The notes under the pieces: generated by a model
What the model was told of the DNA's origin: nothing
The model's input: only the letters and a program-made list of their open reading frames with translations
Databases searched by the model: none
Position numbers and translations under genes: made by a program
NCBI RefSeq assembly: GCF_964213995.1
Contig: NW_027591796.1
Span: forward strand, 1-64,000
Reading direction: 5' to 3'
Source of the DNA: Mustelus asterias
Taxonomy: Eukaryota
Length of the DNA: 64,000 nt
Shown here: positions 24,100-36,960 of the stretch, in pieces
How the letters are laid out: every line of letters begins with the position of its first letter
Numbering within the stretch: the stretch's first letter is position 1

Positions 24100-24600
24100 A
24101 ACAAACTTCCGCATTGTGACGTCAATGGAGGCCTGCCTATATCAGCCAATAGGAACCAGCCTGCACCGCAGTGACATCCTCGGGTTCCAGTGCGCAGGCC
24201 CGGGGGCCGCGGAGACGGGAGCCCCGCCCCCACCCATTGTTCCCCTCCTCCTGCACCTCCTCCAGCCACGGTTTCCAGGCAACCGGCTGGCGGCTCCGGC
24301 CAGAGCGAGAAGCCGCTCGGTGATCTCCCCCTCCCCCCTCTTTCTCCGGCGGCTACGGCTCCAAAAAGAGACCGAGAACGACCGCTGGCGGCAGCCGCAC
24401 TGCGCCTGCTCCGGACAGCTCGGCTCAGCAGCACTCTCTGCGCCTGCTCCGGACAGCTCGGCTCAGCAGCGCTCTCTGCGCCTGCTCCGGACAGATCGGC
24501 TCAGCAGCGCTCTCTGCGCCTGCGTGCTGGGCTGCCAGCTGAGGGAGTGGGGGAGGGGACTTTGCAAAATCTCCTCCCATCATTTTCTTCCAAGTCCCGC
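24100..24600. promoter_or_regulatory. Candidate bidirectional CpG-island promoter between head-to-head ZNF A (-) and ZNF B (+)
   Basis: High CpG, TGACGTCA (CRE) 24117-24124, CCAAT near 24146, GC box, NRF1-like TGCGCCTGC repeats; homologous exon-1 ends (CTCTGGACAACATCTG) point outward on both sides. Confidence 0.65.
24400..24523 (+). repeat. 38-bp tandem repeat, about 3.3 copies
   Basis: CTGCGCCTGCTCCGGACAGCTCGGCTCAGCAGCGCTCT starting at 24400, 24438, 24476 and 24514. Confidence 0.9.
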
Positions 24601-24635
24601 AGTTTGATTTGAAACAGAACAGCTTCTGTTTGTAG

Positions 24636-26579
24636 CTTCACCACAGACTCAAACTTCACACACAGACTCAAACTTCACCACAGACTCAAACTTCACACAC
24701 AGACTCAAACTTCACACACAGACTCAAACTTCACCACAGACTCAAACTTCACCACAGACTCAAACTTCACACACAGACGCAAACTTCACCACAGACTCAA
24801 ACTTCACACACAGACTCAAACTTCACCACAGACTCAAACTTCACACACAGACTCAAACTTCACCACAGACTCCAACTTCACACACAGACTCAAACTTCAC
24901 ACACAGACTCAAACTTCACACACAGACTCAAACTTCACACACAGACTCAAACTTCACCACAGACTCAAACTTCACCACAGACTCAAACTTCACCACACAG
25001 ACTCAAACTTCACACACAGACTCAAACTTCACACACAGACTCAAACTTCACCACAGACTCAAACTTCACACACAGACTCAAACTTCACACACAGACTCAA
25101 ACTTCACCACAGACTCAAACTTCACACACAGACTCAAACTTCACACACAGACTCAAACTTCACACACAGACTCAAACTTCACCACAGACTCAAACTTCAC
25201 CACAGACTCAAACTTCACCACAGACTCAAACTTCACACACAGACTCAAACTTCACACACAGACTCAAACTTCACACACAGACTCAAACTTCACACACAGA
25301 CTCAAACTTCACACACAGACTCAAACTTCACACACAGACTCAAACTTCACACACAGACTCAAACTTCACACACAGACTCAAACTTCACCACAGACTCAAA
25401 CTTCACACACAGACTCAAACTTCACACACAGACTCAAACTTCACCAGACTCAAACTTCACCACAGACTCAAACTTCACCACAGACTCAAACTTCACCACA
25501 GACTCAAACTTCACACACAGACTCAAACTTCACACACAGACTCAAACTTCACACACAGACTCAAACTTCACACACAGACTCAAACTTCACACACAGACTC
25601 AAACTTCACACACAGACTCAAACTTCACACACAGACTCAAACTTCACACACAGACTCAAACTTCACCACAGACTCAAACTTCACACACAGACTCAAACTT
25701 CACACACAGACTCAAACTTCACCAGACTCAAACTTCACCACAGACTCAAACTTCACCACAGACTCAAACTTCACCACAGACTCAAACTTCACCACAGACT
25801 CAAACTTCATCACAGACTCAAACTTCATCACAGACTCAAACTTCACCACAGACTCAAACTTCACACACAGACTCAAACTTCACCACAGACTCAAACTTCA
25901 CCACGGACTCAAACTTCACCACAGACTCAAACTTCATCACAGACTCAAACTTCACCACAGACTCAAACTTCACCACAGACTCAAACTTCACCACAGACTC
26001 AAACTTCACCACAGACTCAAACTTCACACACAGACTCAAACTTCACACACAGACTCAAACTTCACACACAGACTCAAACTTCACACACAGACTCAAACTT
26101 CACACACAGACTCAAACTTCACACACAGACTCAAACTTCACACACAGACTCAAACTTCACACACAGACTCAAACTTCACCACAGACTCAAACTTCACACA
26201 CAGACTCAAACTTCACACACAGACTCAAACTTCACCAGACTCAAACTTCACCACAGACTCAAACTTCACCACAGACTCAAACTTCACCACAGACTCAAAC
26301 TTCACACACAGACTCAAACTTCACCACAGACTCAAACTTCACCACGGACTCAAACTTCACCACAGACTCAAACTTCACCACAGACTCAAACTTCACCACA
26401 GACTCAAACTTCACACACAGACTCAAACTTCACACACAGACTCAAACTTCACACACAGACTCAAACTTCACACACAGACTCAAACTTCACACACAGACTC
26501 AAACTTCACACACAATCTCAAACTTCACCACAGACTCAAACTTCACACACAATCTCAAACTTCACCACAGACTCAAACT
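24636..26579 (+). repeat. Minisatellite of 18/19-bp units (about 105 copies)
   Basis: Mix of CTTCACCACAGACTCAAA and CTTCACACACAGACTCAAA, with rare 16-bp and point variants. Confidence 0.97.
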
Positions 26580-26932
26580 GCATCCTCTGGACAACATCTG
26601 TGAGGAAAACACTTTCTTTCTCCCCCTGGGAAATACAGAGACAGAGAAATTCTCTGGAACTGGAATTAGAGACAAATATACTGAGGGGGAAATGTTTGTG
26701 ATTTTGTGGAACCTGTTTTATTGTCTGAGCTTTTTAAAGACAAATTTACTCTGTCTATTTAAATACTGTTTGTCTGTTAATGCATGATTCATTGATGTTG
26801 ATTTTAATTTGATTATTGCAAGGTGAAATCTTTCCCTTTGTTTATTCCATTGGGTTTGTCTGGGAATTTGTTAATGTTAAGGTTATTGTATTCATAAGGA
26901 TCATAACAACATTGATACATCTAGAGTTATTA

Positions 26933-27195
26933 TAAGAACATCAGAACTAGGAGCAGGAGTGGGCCATCTGGCCCCTTGAGCCTGCTCCACCATTCAATAA
27001 GATCATGGCTGATTTTTTTGTGGACTCAGCTCCACTTACCCACCCACTCACCACAACCCTTAATTCCTTTACTGTTCAAAAATTTATCTATCCTTGCCTT
27101 AAAAACATTCAATGAGGTAGCCTCAACTGCTTCACTGGGCAGGGAATTACACAGATTCACAACCTTTGTGTGAAGAAGTTCCTCCTCAACTCAGT
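26933..27195 (-). mobile_element. CR1-type LINE 3' fragment
   Basis: TAAGAACAT.AGAA tail; antisense of FFTQR-type C-terminus. Confidence 0.7.
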
Positions 27196-27843
27196 TGAGT
27201 TATAGAAGATCAGCCCTCATTCTTCGAAACTTTGAGAGAATAGAGGCCCAGTCTCCTCCGAGGAAACTTCCACCCTTCCATGGATTTGTCGAATGAACCC
27301 TTGCTCCACTCCCTCTATTGCAAGTGTATCCTTCCTTTAGTAAGGAGACAAAAGCTCCACACAATACTCCAGGTAATGCAGCAAGAGTGTGGGACAGTTA
27401 TTTACAGCTTTCGGGGAACAAGATAGAAAATAATGCTTCATAGAAATTAACAACTGCCAATTGTAGATTCTATCCTTAACTGACGGTGATGAAATTTGTA
27501 AACCTCTTTTACAGGATCTTCAAAGGGGGAGGATTTGCAGACACAAATTTCAAATCAAGCATCAAGTGAAGAATTGACAGAGTCACTCGATTATCAGGAT
27601 CTGAATATCATTAGCCTTTGAATCTGGAAGGAGAAATGTCTTTCCGTTCTGTTTGCTTCAGAAAGTTTTAAACATCAGTGTGACTGGAAAAGCAGCAAGA
27701 CACAAACATCTGGGTGAGAGTGTTCCAGTGACAGTTACATAGTTTGAAAGACCATCACCATTTACACCAGGAAGAGATTGTACAGACGCTTTGTGTGGCC
27801 ACCTCAGCTGAACAACAAACCTGGAGACAGGGACACCCGCACC

Positions 27844-28602
27844 ATGGAGAAACCGTGGAAATGTGGGGATTGTGGGAAGGGATTCAAATCCCCGTCTCAG
27901 CTGGAAATTCATCGACGCAGTCACACTGGGGAGAGACCGTTCACCTGCTGTTATTGTGGTCAGGGATTCACTCATTCATCCCACCTGCTGAGACACCAGC
28001 GGGTTCACACCAAGGAGAGGCCGTTCACCTGCTCCGAGTGTGGGAAGACCTTCACTACTTCATCTGATCTGCTGACACACCAGCGGATTCACACTGGGGA
28101 AAGGCCATTCACTTGCTCTGAGTGTGAGATGGGATTCAGTCGGTTATCTCACTTGCAGGCACACCAGCGAGTTCACACCGGGGAGAAGCCGTTCACCTGC
28201 TCTGATTGTGGAAAGGGATTCTCTCACTCCTCCAACCTGCGGATACACCAACGCGTTCACACTGGGGAGAGGCCGTTCACCTGTACTGAGTGTGGGAAGG
28301 CATTCATTGACTCATCAAGCCTGCGGATACACCAACGAGTTCACACCAAAGAGAGACCGTTTACCTGCTCTGAGTGTGGAAAGGGGTTCAGTCGGTCATC
28401 TTTCCTGAAGGCACACCAGCGGATTCACACTGGGGAGTGGCCACCCACCTGCTCTGAGTGTGGGAAAGCATTCATTGATTCATCCAGCCTGCAGATACAC
28501 CAGCGTCTTCACACTGCGGAGAGGACATTCACCTGCTCTGAGTGTGGGAAGAGATTCAGTCGGTCAATCTACCTGCGCAACCACCAGCGAGTTCACAAGT
28601 GA
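27844..28602 (+). CDS. Tandem C2H2 zinc-finger protein B (9 fingers)
   Basis: Strong Kozak [21 protein letters not shown]..., ends HQRVHK*. Confidence 0.88.
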   Translation: MEKPWKCGDCGKGFKSPSQLEIHRRSHTGERPFTCCYCGQGFTHSSHLLRHQRVHTKERPFTCSECGKTFTTSSDLLTHQRIHTGERPFTCSECEMGFSRLSHLQAHQRVHTGEKPFTCSDCGKGFSHSSNLRIHQRVHTGERPFTCTECGKAFIDSSSLRIHQRVHTKERPFTCSECGKGFSRSSFLKAHQRIHTGEWPPTCSECGKAFIDSSSLQIHQRLHTAERTFTCSECGKRFSRSIYLRNHQRVHK

Positions 28603-29493
28603 TGACAGGGATTGGATTCTGCTGCTATTGCTGCTGTTAATCACACCCAGGACTGAACCATGTTCATTCTGACAGTTGGTGAATTGGGAGGATCAGAAGA
28701 TCCTGGATCAGAAGGTCCAGCTCTGCTGGATTGGTCTTTCTCACGACTTTGCTTCCAGTGGGCTGGGAGAGCACATTTCCACAAATGAACCACACAAGCT
28801 GATGAAGGACATTTATTTTATCCTGGATAGTAAATCCTACTTCTCCTTCAAGTAGCTCTAAAATAAATACATTTGTCTCTGTTCCAGTGAGTCTACAACA
28901 CAGGGCCGGGCCAGTCGGCTCAATTGGTCTGTGTCAGTATTTATGCTCCACATGAGCCTCCACCCACCCCTCTTCATCTCCCCCCCCCATCAGCATATCC
29001 TTCTATTCCTCTCTCCCTCATGTATGTATCTAGCTTCCCCTTCAATGTGTTCATGCTGTTCACCTCAACCACTCGCTGTGGGAGTGAGTTCCACATTCTC
29101 ACCACTCGCTGGTAAAGAGATTTCTCATTAAATCCGTACTGGATTATTGAACCCCTTCATAATCTTGAAGACTTCCGTCAGTCTTCAGTTTTCCAGAGAA
29201 AAGTAACACCGGCGTTTTCAGAGGGTTAAATGCTCTCAGTTCCGGGATTATTCTCATGGGGTAAACCGGTCAGTCCCATTGCCCCGTTCTATCCCTTTAT
29301 CCTTTCAGTTCTATTTCCTGCAAGTGTCCGTCCATTTTCCTTGTTAAATCGTTCATTGTCTCTGCTTCCACCACCCTCACAGGCAGTGAGTTCCAGCTCA
29401 TTCCCACTCATTGCATAAAACATCCCTTTCTCACATCCCCCTGCATCTCTCGCATCCTTATCCTTGCACCATCAGCTAATGGGAACAGCTTTA

Positions 29494-29815
29494 TCATAGA
29501 ATCATAGAAACCCTACAGTGCAGAAAGAGGCCATTTGGTCCATCGAGTCTGCACCGACCACAATCCCACCCAGGCCGTACCCCCATATCCCTACATATTT
29601 ACCTGCTAATCTTCTAACCTACACATCTCAGGACACTAAGGGACAATTTTAGCATCTTTGGACTGTGGGAGGAAACTGGAGCACCCGGAGGAAACCCATG
29701 CAGACACGAGGAGAATGTGCAAACTCCACACAGACAGTCACCCAAGCCGGGAATCGAACCCAGGTCCCTGGAGCTGTGAAGCAGCAGTGCTAACCACTGT
29801 GCCATCGTGCCGCCC
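29494..29815 (-). mobile_element. HE1-like SINE
   Basis: Head, core and tail as in other copies. Confidence 0.85.
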
Positions 29816-30958
29816 CACCTTCTCACATTACATTACTCACATCACTTTACCTTCTCACATTATTTAATCCTATTTTAATTTTTTACACCTTGAGCAAATC
29901 TCCCCTCCATCTCCTTTTCTCCAAGGAGAACAACCCCAGCTTCTCCAGCCTAGCCTTGTGGATAAAATTCCTCATTCCTGGAACCATCCCGGTAAATCTC
30001 CTCTGCACTCTCTCAAGGACCCTCACGTCCTTCCAAATGTGTGGTGACCAGAACTGGGCTCAGTGTTCTGTTGTGGCCTCACCCAGAGCTTTAGAAACTA
30101 TCAGCATAACCTCCCTGCTTTTGTTCTCAATTCCTCAGTTTCTGAAGCCCGAGATCACATAGTCTCCAGATGGGAATGGTCAACATTTTTGCTTGAACAT
30201 AAAATGCATTTTAACAACAGTTTGGCTGAAGAAGATTTTGTCCAATGAAGGAAAGAGTTGTTGACACAAAAAGAAGCCATTTTGAACTTGCTCTCTCCAA
30301 AAGAGAATCCAGAATGTGAGATTCTGGGAAATGAAATTAAAAATGAAGCTGCAGCTACAACAGAGCAAGAAGAAGACATTTCAATGTGGAATTGACTGGA
30401 ATATTCTCTCTGGATTTAAACAATGGAGAAACTGCAAACATGGAAGAAAGTAAAGTTCAAAACGTGCACTCTGAACAGACTGTTTTCAAAACTGAAGTTG
30501 AAAATTCACAGATGAACAGCAATGAGGACTCTCCTCTTGCAGGAGGAACTTTGCACAATAATTATTATAAGAAGAAAAACTTCAGAAAACACTGAAACCA
30601 ATAATATTTTCTATCTTCAGTGGACTGAGATTCCTGGACATGGAACCCAGCAGTGTGCTGTTACCAAGCTGGACTTGTGACTGTGAAGTGGACAATGGGG
30701 GGGATTATTATGTCTATTGCAGGTTATAGGGTAATTAAACATTAGACTTTGGAACGGGAGTTGGCCATTTGGCTCTTTGAGCCTGCTTCACCATTTGATA
30801 AGATCACAACTATTTAGATATACAGCATGTTGTACATTGTTAAAAGCAAAATACTGTGGATGCTGGAATCTGAAACAAAAACACAAAATGCTGGCAAATC
30901 TCAGCAGGTCTGACAGCATCTATCGGGAGAGAGAAGAGCCAATCTTTCGAGTCTACAT

Positions 30959-32010
30959 TGTAATGTTTCAAATGGGATAATACGAGGATGATACATTTTC
31001 ATTTCTTCATGGGGAAGGTGTTGCAAAGATCTAATTTCATAATTCCGATGTTTTAGAAGTATGAATTAGTTCAACAATTGCTTTTTTTAAAACTTAAGGT
31101 AAATGGAAAACCTGCACTGAGAATCTGACAGAAACACCCTAAGGGGATTCACATTCACAAGACGTGGCCAATGTTGGTTTAAGATGTCAAAACTCGAAGG
31201 GTGAGAAGTGTAAAAGGGCAGCTGGGCTCTTTTAGCTGGAGACCTGGAGACTTTGGTTCTGACAGTTAGTGCCCTGTCTTTGTTAGAGAACGGAATTCTT
31301 CATGCAGACCTCAGGAAAAAAAGGTTTAGTTTTGAAGCTAAATATCTATCAGACATCCCAACAGATGTGTTAGCACGGGGATAAGTGAGCCCTGGTTGGA
31401 ATTCTGGGTGTTTCTCACAGAAAGCAAGCAGTCTGCAGTTAGCTTGGAGGCCGTCAGCTATGGAACCAGGAGCTGTGAACCAGCTGTGGGACCAGAAGCC
31501 ACTGGGTCATTGGGAATCAGGGGTGTCCCCAATGTTTAAATCCCTCAGCAAGAAAGCAGCGAAGCCCACGGTTGGACTGAGGAGTCTACAGTTTTGAGGT
31601 CTCAAAGGAAAATTGGAGAATTGTTTAGCCAAAAGCTAATGGAAAGGCCCTCCGTAAAATCTTGGAGCCTGGAGAATAGCTGGAAAAGTGAGGAAAATTA
31701 AAGTGAATTCTGCAGAGCTTTGACATTCCTTTGAGAGTCCCAGGAACATAATTGAACTTTCAAGATATCATTAAGTATAAAGAAAAACTTTTGGGGTGAG
31801 GTTAAAAAACAGGTTTAGACCATAAGTCTTTATTGACTACAGTATTCAGTTTGTAGTGCTGTATTCTTAAATTTTATTTTGTTTGAGATCCACAGTAAAG
31901 TTTGTTTTTGTTTAAAAATGTTAAATCTTTTCATGTAATTCTTTTAGTTAGTCACTGGGTGTTCACAATTTTCTTTAAATTTTAATTATCCCGACCGGGA
32001 TCACAAAACA
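30959..32010 (+). mobile_element. Possible old LTR remnant; its 3' part is duplicated at about 32200-32450
   Basis: TGTAAT start, CCAAT and TATA-like motifs, AGTAAA and ...ACA end; no clear TSD. Confidence 0.3.
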
Positions 32011-32469
32011 TCCACACAAACAATGTTTCAGAGCAAAGCAAAGAAGAAAAAATGTGACTTTCCTCCTTTTGTACAAAGCATTACATATAAAGACACCCCT
32101 CTCCTCAGAACCACAATAAGTTGTTAATATTCTCTTCATGAAATAATCTGATCATTGAAAGACTTATGCTATGTTCATGGTGCTGGCTTTTAATATTTTG
32201 TTGTATAAATTTTGTTCTTGTTTAAAAATGTGGAATCTTGTGTTGCAATTCTTTGTTAATCACTGGGTATTTGAGTTTCTCTTTAAACATTAACAATCCT
32301 GATTAGGATCAGAACAATACACAGCAACATATTTCACAATGAGTCAAAGAAAAAAAATGTACAAAGTATTACATTATAGGACACTGCTGTTCTAGGATCC
32401 ACAATAATTTCTTAGCTCGAGCACTTACTTTAATGAAACAATCTGATATTATGAATAAAATTTATACTA

Positions 32470-34080
32470 ATTGTCGTCCCTTCTAAAGCAGGAGGGCGAT
32501 CGCCCAGCACAGAGGGTAATTTGGGATTTCTCCCATAGACCAATTAACAGGGATTCTACCCTCCAACCACCTGAAGTGAATTCTTTCCCTGAATCGTCCA
32601 GGCCAGTGCAGTTATCAACTTGCAGTTTGGCTGATCAGCTGAGATTTTCTGCAGCATTTCATCGATCACCGTGTGATTCCTTTCACAGAGTCCATCACTG
32701 AAAGGACTTTCAGCTGCCGTGTTCATGACCAGAATGTTCATGTTTTCACACACGTCTCAAAACTCATCATTAACAAATTCCCCTCCATTATCAGTCAGAA
32801 ACTTAGCTGGTGCCCCAGGTCCAGTCCCTGTCCACTTCTCCATCACTTGGTCTAGAATCATCCTTTTGTCCTTGCCATGTATTATTGGAGAAAGACTAAA
32901 TTGGGTCACCATGTCGATCATGTGTAGAATGAAAATATTTCTGTCTTTGTCTCATACCTTTAGATCCACGTAAATACCTCGTTAAGGTCATGTGCCAAGG
33001 GCAGCTTTACAATCGGATGTGACAGCATCCTTCAATACTTTTCACACATTCCACACTTTGCATTAGTCTGTTCTCTGAGCCTCAGATACTCTTCATCAAC
33101 TCTCCTGCATCTTTTTGCGGGATTTTTAATCTTTAACAAGGATAAGAAAATTGTTTGCGTAGCTTTAAGACTGGTTACGGTCTTTATCTCTGGGACGGAA
33201 GGGTAGCACACTGGTTAGCACTTTTGCCTCAGTGCCAGGGACCCGGGTTCGATTCCCGGCTTGGGTCACTGTCTCTGTGGAGTTTGCATGTTCTCCCCAT
33301 GTCTGAGTGGGTTTCCTCCGGGTGCTCCGGTTTCCTCCCACGTTCTGATAGACGTGCTGGTTAGGTGCATTGACCCGAACAGGCGCCGGACTGCGACGAC
33401 CAGGGGAATTTCACGGTATCTGTTTCCCCGTCATTCCTGAGATTCATTCACCTATTAGTGCTTTTCCAATCCTGTCTTTTTTGTGATATCCAGATCTGCT
33501 AAATATACTTACACCCTCATTCAAAACTTGACAAAGTCTGACTATGCTTCACAGGCACCCATCAGATCATCTTTCTTGTAAATCTCATCAATGAAACCGA
33601 GTAAAAGATCCAAACCTTGATCAGTGGATTTCCAGCTCAGAAAATGTTTTGCTGCCAATTTTCCTTTCGTTAGACAGTGGCAATGCCAAGGCCAGACCTT
33701 GTTTTCTCATTGTTAGGGATGGAACCCGTGTCCACATCTCCACTTCATTCTTCCACTGGTCGTATGGTTCAGGCTCCGAGAACATCGGTGGGTAATCAGG
33801 CCCTGACAATTCCCACTGGCTTTCATCTCTCACAAAAGCTGCTGGGATTGTAAACTTCTGTCTGAAATATACTTTCCTCCAGTTTCCAAACTTCACCATT
33901 GGACAAACATTCTCTGTTACCATGTTATAATCCTAACAGCCTTATGGTGAAGGAAGAAACTGGAACCAATCTTTACTTGGAATAGATTTAACTCCCAACT
34001 CTTTATACATACTTTCTTCAAACATACTCATATAATTATTTGATCAAAGCCCTCCATCTGTACATTCTTAAACTCAATTG
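32470..34080 (-). mobile_element. Ty1/copia (GalEa-like) LTR retrotransposon remnant: LTR, PBS, gag, integrase
   Basis: LTR ends ...TAACA then TGGTAACAGAGAATG (tRNA-iMet PBS, 33922-33908); gag YDQWKNEVEMW; integrase IFILHMIDMVTQFS...KFLTDNGGEF...TAAESPFSDGLCERNH. Confidence 0.75.
33193..33420 (+). mobile_element. tRNA-derived SINE inside the copia remnant
   Basis: GGTTCGATTCCCGGCTTGGGTCACTG head and core. Confidence 0.8.
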
Positions 34081-34109
34081 ATTCAATTAACACCCATAGT
34101 CAGGGCAGG

Positions 34110-34380
34110 AATCCGGGTTCAATTCCAGCCTCGGGTGACTGTGTGGAGTTTGCATGTTCTCCTCGTGTCTGTGTGGGTTTCCTCCAGGTGCTCCGATTTC
34201 CTCCCATCTTCTAAAGATGTGCGGGTTAGGTTGATTGGCCGTGGTAAATTGCCCCGTAGCGTCAGGGGGATTGGCAGGGTAAATGTGTAGGTTTACTGGA
34301 GTGGGGCCTGGTTGGGATTGTGGTCGGTGCAGACTCAATGGGCCAAGTGACCTCCTTCTGCACTGTAGGAATTCTGTGAT
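34110..34380 (+). mobile_element. HE1-like SINE, 5'-truncated
   Basis: Core and CR1-like tail. Confidence 0.8.
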
Positions 34381-34601
34381 TAAAAAAAGGTCTCTAAGCG
34401 GTGTGAACTTGTTGGTGTGTCAGCAAGTTGGATGACTGATGACCTTCCCTAAACTCAGAGCAGGGGAATGGCCTCTCCTCAATGTGGACTTGCTGGTGTC
34501 TCAGCAGGTTGGATGAATCAGTGAATCTCTCCTCATAAACAAAACACATCAAAGGTCTTTCCCCAGTGCGACCACATTGGTATTTTAGCAGACTGGATGA
34601 C

Positions 34602-35231
34602 TCAATGAATCCTTCTCTTGGAGCAGGTGAATGGGTTCTTCCTGCTGTGAACTCGCTGGTGTGTCAGCAGGTTGGATGACTGAGTGAATCCCTTCCCACA
34701 TACGGAGCAAGTGAATGGCCTCTCCCCAGTGTGAACTCGCTGGTGTGTCAGTAGATGAGGTGACCGTGTGGATCCCTTCCCACACTCAGCGCAGGTGAAC
34801 AGCCTCTTCCTGGTGTGACTGCGTTGATGTGTCAGCAGACAGGATGACTCAGTGAATGCTTTCCCACACTCAGAGCAGATGAATGGTCTCTCTCCAGTGT
34901 GGATTCGCTGGTGTGTCAGCAAGTTGGATAACTGAGTGAATCCTTTCCCACACTCAGCACAGGTGAATGGTCTCTTCCTGGTGTGAACTCGCTGGTGTGT
35001 CCGCAGGGTAGATGAATCCTTGAATCCCTTCCCACACTCAGTGCAGGTGAGTGGCCTCTCCCCACTATGAACTCGCTTGTGTGTCTGCAGGTGCAATGAC
35101 TGAGTGAATCTCTTCCCACACTCAAAGTAGGTAAAAGGTCTTTTCCCAGTGTGGATGTGTCGGTGAATTTCCAGTTGAGATGGAGCTTTGAATCCCTTCC
35201 CACAGTCCCCACATTTCCACGGTTTCTCCAT
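34602..35231 (-). CDS. C2H2 zinc-finger protein C (7 fingers, one with C>Y; a deletion truncates finger 8 and decayed fingers continue to about 34385); possibly pseudogenising
   Basis: [12 protein letters not shown] with HTGERP linkers; frame breaks at FTCSKRRIH. Confidence 0.7.
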   Translation of the reverse strand: MEKPWKCGDCGKGFKAPSQLEIHRHIHTGKRPFTYFECGKRFTQSLHLQTHKRVHSGERPLTCTECGKGFKDSSTLRTHQRVHTRKRPFTCAECGKGFTQLSNLLTHQRIHTGERPFICSECGKAFTESSCLLTHQRSHTRKRLFTCAECGKGSTRSPHLLTHQRVHTGERPFTCSVCGKGFTQSSNLLTHQRVHSRKNPFTCSKRRIH

Positions 35232-36784
35232 GGTGCGGGTGTCCTTGTGTCTCTCCAGGTTTGATGATCAATTGAAGCCTTGTCCACACACACAAAACGA
35301 GTATGGTTTCTCCTCGCTGTGAATGGTGTGATATTTATTTCAGGGTGTGTAATTGGTTAATGGTCTTTCCACAGTCAGTTTGCTGGTACACTCTCACTCA
35401 GATCTGTGTGTCTCGATGCTTTTCCAGTCACATATTTAAACCTTTTGACGCAGACAGAACACCATTTCTTTATACACGCTTTTTTCATACACACTCATAT
35501 AATGATCCAATCAACGCCCTCCATCTGTACATACTTCAACTCAATTCGAGACTGAAAGAGCGATGATATTCAGGTCCTTTTGAATCAAGTGAAAGTGTCA
35601 GGTCTCGGTGTGACATTTGGTTTCAGATTTCTATTGCAAATCTTCTCCTTCTCAAAACCTATAAAAGGAATTTAGAAAAGTCAGCACTGTCAGAACAGCA
35701 GAGAAATTCAGAACACACGATTCTAGTTTCAGTTGAACATTCATTCCTATTTTGTTCACCAAAAGTTGTAAACCTCAATCTCACATATTCCCTCTGCTCT
35801 CACTCTGCTGTATCTAATATACACCCTCACAATTCTCCTGAAGGTGCTGATTGATGCTGAGTGGCAGACCCCTACTCACTGCTTCCTGACCTGGAGACCT
35901 GAAAACCTTGATGCAGACTGCTAGACTCAATACAAACCCAACCCATAGGTACAGATTCTGGAGGAAAACATGTGTTGAATAAACACTGCTGTATTACTTG
36001 CTCAGAGATTCATGACCAGGTCAGTAAGAACTTCATTAAGGTGCTGAGTGTTTACAAACACAAACTCGCTGCTTATGAGAATGCTGGAATTAGAGATGAT
36101 CCAAGATTTCAAACTCAACTGGATGGACAACGGAAGGAAATAATCTTGTGAGATACAGGGGTACAGAGGGAGAATGGGACTGGCTGGATTGCTCTACAGA
36201 GAGTCAGCACGGACTCGAATGAACATTTTCTGTGCTGTAATTAATCAATGACTGGAAAGGTATGTCACCACAGTGCTATATTACAAATTTGAAATAACAA
36301 TAAATGAAATTTATCACCAAACCATAAATAATATATCTAATATGAACCTAACAACAAAATTAGACATAACACTGACCTATATAAAATTACTGTCCCACAA
36401 AGAATCATAAATTTACACCAGATTACACCAAACATATCCAAACATGCCAAACCTTACTATATTCCTCTTAAATGTCAACTATCTCCTGAAGAAACCAGCC
36501 CTTTAATTGTGAACATTAGGAACGAGACCATCCTTTTAGCCAGACAAATAAATGTGTCAAGCTGAGGGAGCAAAAGGATGTCAATGTCTTTCAGAGAGAG
36601 AGAGACCTGGGCCAACCTTTCCAGAGTCTGCAGCCTCCCTGGATTCACTTCGTTTCCCTTCAGTTGCTGCAAGTCCCCAATTTCCCCCAGAATGAGAAAA
36701 GAAATGGAAAGGGGGAGAAAGGAAAGTGTTTCACTCACAGATCTTGGCCTCTTTGGAGGAAGTTTGAGTCCGTCTGAAGCTCAA

Positions 36785-36960
36785 CCTGCATTGTCACAAA
36801 GACCGCGCTCTGATTGGCTGGAGGACCAGAGTCCTTCCGGTCTTCCAAGAATTTCCATTGGTCAACGCCTCAGCAGGGTTCAGAAACATTTCCGCACATG
36901 CGCGGATTCCCCTTTCTCTTGGACATGCGCAGATTCGAGCCCGGGCTATTGAGCGATTTC
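36785..36960 (-). promoter_or_regulatory. Promoter cassette of ZNF C
   Basis: CCAAT boxes (GATTGG near 36812, CATTGG near 36857), NRF1-like CGCACATGCGCG and ACATGCGCA; exon-1 donor ATCT/GTGAGT at 36739. Confidence 0.55.

Noticed and set aside
24636-26579. CRISPR-like array or coding repeat (VVKFES)n
   Set aside because: No unique spacers and eukaryotic context; the ORF arises only from runs of 18-mers
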